Of a DNA stretch of 64,000 bases, positions 58,017-64,000 are shown piece after piece. Position numbers and translations under genes: made by a program. The notes under the pieces were generated by a model. That model did no database searches. It was given only the letters and a program-made list of their open reading frames with translations, and was not told where the DNA came from. Numbering within the stretch: the first letter of the stretch is position 1; each line of letters starts with the position of its first letter. The DNA is from Octopus vulgaris. Lineage: Eukaryota. The DNA lies in the NCBI GenBank assembly GCA_951406725.2, contig OX597820.1, forward strand, positions 12,524,001 to 12,588,000, in the 5' to 3' direction.

Positions 58017-58505
58017 ATTTGATGATTTTTATTAGTGTATGTATGTATGTATTTTATATATATAAAGATATGTACACATAGTGGATATGCGTATATATAG
58101 TATTACCCAAATACATGACATGCATAGTGATATCAAAATGCATGCGCGTACCTGTGTATGTGTGAATGCGTGTCTCGTAAGCGTGTCTCAGCACATTACG
58201 TAAATTTGCATATATATATATATATTAAACTCTGTACATTTTTCACAATTGTATTTATTATGTAAACCCAATATTGATTTCTCTTTACCCGGTCATAATT
58301 CAAACAGCGGGTGATAAAAGATTGAACAAATACTGTTGTACCTGTTCAATGTCTTAATCACCTTTGTAGAAATTTAAATATATAGATAAAACTGATGTAA
58401 TTTTTGTTCGACCTGCTTTTTTCTTTAATCTCATTATAGTTTGCCTAAATTATCTGCTAGATATATTCTGATAATCAACTAAATCATACACACACACACA
58501 TGTAT

Positions 58506-58587
<82 letters not shown>

Positions 58588-59066
58588 ATATATATATATA
58601 TATATATAAATGAAAAGAATGGAGTCGAACGAAGATTTTAACAAAATTCCTTTACTTTCGACATATGTTTTGTAGACTGCATACTCTTAATTACGAGGGA
58701 ATGAAGGTTGCATTATGCTGTGTTCTCATCAGGAAATACAAGGAACCTCTATCTATATATATATATATATGTATATATATGCATATATATATATGTGTGT
58801 GTGCGTATGTGTGTATATATATATATGTATATTTATCTATCTATCAATCTTTATATATATATACATATATACATATACATACATGCATGTGTATATATAT
58901 ATATATATATATATTTACCTAATATGTAAATGTCGATTAGTGTGTTGAAGTGCTGAGTAGAATAATAGCACAGTTTGGGCTATCTGGTGTCATCCGCAGT
59001 CGGGGTATATTTCCGTTCGATCTACTTCAGGAATTCCGCAGTGTTACTTGAGATAATAATAACAAC

Positions 59067-59135
<69 letters not shown>

Positions 59136-59428
59136 TTTTTAAATATCAAGAAGATGGATTTGGTACTGAACTTTATTTTGTACAACGGTCGCTTCGACCC
59201 ACCCTGTTACTGTTCTTTATGGGTGGGACTCCTTTCCACATGTGTTGCATCAATTCTGCAGTCTGGATCTCATCAGGGTCGTTTATACATAAAAGATTAT
59301 GTCTCTCTAAAATCCTACGTTTTGCCTGTCATGTTGTTATACGCCCGTCTCTTTAGACGTTCCTGATGGGACCCAAACTGCAAAATTGATGCAACACATG
59401 TGGGATGGTGTCTCACCCACAAGAGACC

Positions 59429-59431
<3 letters not shown>
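59136..59431 (-). mobile_element. Penelope-like pseudo-LTR with extended-stem-II hammerhead remnant and inverted partial copy
   Basis: Minus strand: CTGATGA-GATCCA-(about 60 nt)-TGGGTC-GAA-GCGACCGT-T-GTAC...AATAAA; arms 59208-59277 and 59362-59431 are inverted; flanked by (AAT)n and (ATT)n. Confidence 0.65.
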
Positions 59432-59505
<74 letters not shown>

Positions 59506-59720
59506 TAGTTTTATTTTCATAGCGTGATTTCACATCACTACCGAGCGCAGCTCTGTGTGCCTTGGGTATGTGCTTTGATTTGTTGTGATGTTCTGATGGT
59601 TATTGTATGGAAAGTGTTCTGCGTAGGATGTGTGCAGTGCTTAGTAGTGCAATTTTCTGCATGTTATATGTGTTTGTAAGTCCTGGTGTTTTTGTTATGT
59701 ATTTGTCTGAATATTTTTTT
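59431..59720 (-). mobile_element. R4/Dong-type LINE 3' end with (TAA)n tail
   Basis: Minus strand KKYSDKYITKTPGLTNTYNMQKIALLSTAHILRRTLSI (QK..LLGTAHILRR motif). Confidence 0.85.
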
Positions 59721-60263
59721 GAATATTATTATTATTATTATTGTTGTTGTATATATATATATATATATATATGCGCTAATTTGGCAAAATGTTCTGGGGA
59801 TTACAAAATTTGTTCAAACAGTCTTTCCAACTTTATAACCGCGCTTCGTTTTTATATTTGGCGAACTCGGGACCTGAAACAGTCATGGAGCAGTGAATGC
59901 ATGTCAATGATGAGGTAACGAATAGTGATGGAAGAACTTTCACAAATGTATCTGATTGATTGATTGATCGAAAGTTTAACGGAACAATCGACAACTTAAT
60001 TCATTAAATGGCTAATTTATTCGCAAATAAACATAAAGAACTGAAAGAGAAACGGTGCGTGTGATTATTAATCACATACTGTTTCTCCAGAGGTGCAACA
60101 AAATAATGGCATTTCTTTCACAAGGTATTCCATCCGATTAAAGATTATCCTGAAGATCTCTATGAAATAACCCTCAATAATATTGCGTTGTTCAGGGAGG
60201 TGCACGATTTACATTGAATACAGAGTATAGCATTAGATAGTGCTAAAGGGTAATTGGGATGTT

Positions 60264-60495
60264 AAGGCGGCGAGCTGGCAGAAACGTTAGCACGCCGGGC
60301 GAAATGCTTAGCGGTATTTCGTCTGCGATACGTTGTGAGTTCAAATTCCGCCGAGGTCGACTTTGCCTTTCATCCTTTCGGGGTCGATTAAATAAGTACT
60401 AATTAAGCACTGGGGTCGATGTAATCGACTTAATACCTATGTCTATCCATGTTTGTCCCCTCTGTGTTTAACCCCTTGTGGGTAATAAAGAAATA
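60264..60495 (+). mobile_element. SINE family A, full length
   Basis: Near-identical to 11338-11570; flanking duplication ggtaattggg at 60249-60258 and 60496-60505. Confidence 0.93.
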
Positions 60496-61830
60496 GGTAA
60501 TTGGGCATGATATTTTAACGTTGAAATCCATGTTTCGGCGTCAAAGCTGACTACTTTGAAGTTTACTGTGAAGACGTCTGACAAGAATGCACCAAACTCA
60601 CTCCGTACATATCGTTGCCTGCACCCATTTCGTTCTATGTATACGCCAATGTAAGGCGTTTTTATTAAAATTATCATTACTCCAATCATCATCATCATCA
60701 TCATCGTCGTCGTCGTTTTCTTAGTCATCATCATCATTGTCATCATCGCCATCATACTCATCCTCCTTCTTATCATCATCATTGTCGCCATTGTCATCCT
60801 CAACGTTGTCATAATCATCATCATTACCATCGTCATCAAAGCCACCAAAACCACCACCTCAACCGCTATCATCATCATCATCTTTATAATCATCATCATC
60901 GTGACTTTTTTTTTCTTTTCATAAACGAAAGCATTAGTATATATGTGGTATATTGGAATAAATTTGTGGTTTCATAATTCATCACTAACACATGTTTCCT
61001 CCATAAACAACACAATTTGGTATCGCATTTATGATATCAAACAGTTCTGAGAGCAAATGAGTAAAAGTATTGTTCGGTTGCGTGACTTGGAATAGTTTGA
61101 GCGTTGGTGTGAACAAATCCGGCTTAGTTTCGATATCATGTTAAGAAAACACTTTCTTAAATCTTACAATAAGCATGCATATCACATATATATGTTATTT
61201 CCTATAGCATAAAAATGAAAGACATCATATTACCCATAAGATATATATATATATTCCTTGACTACAGCTCCCCGTAAACATATCGTCAAAATCGATTTCT
61301 GTGTATTTTGAATTGTAGATATTTACCATAAAATTAAGTAAGTTACATACTTATTTCATTCAAGAGTAACGCCTGAATCAATATCTATAGCAATTATCTT
61401 TTCGCAAATTATTTTTAACTGCCGTATATCAATTTTGTCGTTTAATCATTCTCCCCGAAAGTAAAAAAAAATATATCCGTCTGCATGTCAGTATGTATCT
61501 ATATGAGTGTATAAGTGTGTCCACGAATCTGTGTAGGTTATCTCAACTAGCCGTATAACGTCCATTAGCGGCAAAGTGGAGATTTATTGAACAATCTAAC
61601 ACACACACACACACACACATACACAAACGAATATATACATCAGATGAAATCTCAAAATGTATATGTTTGTATATATGTACTATATATGTGTGTGTGTGGA
61701 GTGTATTACATATGTATCGTATATATGTATTGATACTCATGTGTGTGTGTGTGGCTGTATGTATATATATATATATCTTATACATATCGTATATCTATCT
61801 GTGTGTATCATATATGCATTATATGTATGG

Positions 61831-61866
<36 letters not shown>

Positions 61867-61927
61867 ATGAGTGTATGTATATATACATATATGCATATAT
61901 ATAATTATATATATATATATATGTATG

Positions 61928-61969
<42 letters not shown>

Positions 61970-62467
61970 TCTATGCACATATGCAGATATATATAAGCAT
62001 ATAATCTATGGGAGCAAATATTTGTTCTTATAAACATTATCTATAAGTACCAAAGGATTCGTGGTTCTTTTATTTCACGTATATATATATAAATGTCTGT
62101 GTATGTGTGTACATGTGTGTACATACATACACACATAGATGCATATACATGTGTGTGTGTGTGCATGTACGTATGTTGCATGTGGATGACTTTCGTGTGT
62201 TAACTTAATTGCCCCTGAATTATATGACATTCCAGATTTATAATATAGCACCTGAAGATTATGTGAGATGTGCAGTCTATGCTAAAATAAATGGCTTACT
62301 TTAAGCCAACAAAATATCTCCTGTATATATATTCAGCATGAGTATGACGGAAATTGGTTGAGACTACAAATTGATGCACAAATTATATACATATATATAC
62401 ATATACATATATATATATATATATATGTACATATACATATTCATATGTATGTATGTAAGTATATATG

Positions 62468-62531
<64 letters not shown>

Positions 62532-63056
62532 TATATATATGTATGTATGTATATACATATATACACACGTTTCGGAATTTATAAAGTAAATCTCTTTTGC
62601 GTATATGTCCTCTATATTCACACCAAAGTTTTCTTTTATTGTCAAGCAAACAGGCACGTTCTCATAAATACACATACACGATCGCGTACACACATACACA
62701 TACACATACACAATCACACACACATAGATGTATATAATACAAATAAATAATAAAAAAACGCCAATTTTTTTATTGCATAATCCGTGTAATAATTGTATGT
62801 GTGAAATACGTATCTGAGTGCTAGACGTTTTTAGTACCGTATTAATAATATAAATTTGAAAACAACTTCGGCTTGAACGAAAAATACAAACGGGAATCGT
62901 TGATTGGATTCTTACATTCGTACCGTTCTAGCTTCACATAAACACACACAAATATTTTATGAGGTTACCCAACATAACCGCAGTTGAATGACTGACAGCA
63001 ATAAAAGCTTAACATATGCACAAGCACATGAACACATACACATGTACACACACACT

Positions 63057-63148
<92 letters not shown>

Positions 63149-64000
63149 GTATATATACATATGTTTGTATGTATATACATAGATATATGTATTTATATAT
63201 ATTACATTTATATATGTGTATATATATATATATATGTAGATATATATATACATATATATATGTACTTATATATACATTCATATATATATATATGTATTTA
63301 TATATACATTCATATATATATATGTATTTATATTTATATATATACATATATAGATACATAAACGTATATATATATTTATATACATGTATGTATATATGTA
63401 AATATCCGTAAAAGATTTTATATTGTTCATAAGTATATGAAAAAATTCGATTCCTTTTATAAGCTTGCCTATTCTGAGGAATATAGCCCAATAGGTCCTG
63501 CATTACAAAATACCTTTAATAGCGAAAAAATACATAAGAGATAAGGTTGTCATCATATAACACGCCACACTTAGTATCACTAACGCCATTAACTTCACCG
63601 ATATCAGCACAAAGAAACGTACCCTAAAACGTTGCAAAAAAGATATTGAAACAATTATAAAGAATAAAAATATATACAACAACAACAGCGACAACAATAG
63701 TAACATGACAAGTACTGAAACCCAAATCTGCTGAGTATTTACTCAACTGAAATCTTTTCAAATCATTGTGTATTTGCCTTGACACAGGAATCTATTAAAT
63801 AATGTTCTGTCCGTCTGACAGATCTAGCTGCGTTATCGAATATGTATATAATTATACGTATAAAAAGATTTGCGTGTGCATATACCTATACATATGTGTG
63901 TGTGTGTGTATATATATAAGGATAGACGTGTGCCTGAGTGCGTGTATGTTTGGATATTTGTATATATGTACACATGTAAATATATACACACATATGTTTA

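Overview
Eukaryotic, very AT-rich, microsatellite-saturated intronic/intergenic DNA. The SINE families and the (TA)n/(ATT)n/(GAT)n landscape suggest an octopus (coleoid cephalopod) genome; this is an inference. There is no complete protein-coding gene, rRNA, bona fide tRNA or CRISPR array, and almost all ORFs in the supplied track are translated microsatellites. Recognisable content: tRNA-headed SINEs of two families; a TAA-tailed non-autonomous retroelement (4 copies); decayed LINEs (R4/Dong-type with RLE domain, Tx1/L1-type, RTE, CR1/L2-group); an internally deleted mariner; a Helentron-associated (HINE-like) element; a 917-bp tandem duplication; and one probable terminal coding exon (27296-27525, +). 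The most striking signal is a set of type I hammerhead ribozyme motifs from about four unrelated Penelope-like pseudo-LTR families: one canonical (896-950), one U4C variant (55165-55206), one with a large branched stem II (59180-59280) and a CUGUUGA variant in three copies. Several sit in short fold-back (inverted) elements anchored in TA or AAT microsatellites. All folds and alignments were done by eye; coordinates of decayed elements are approximate.
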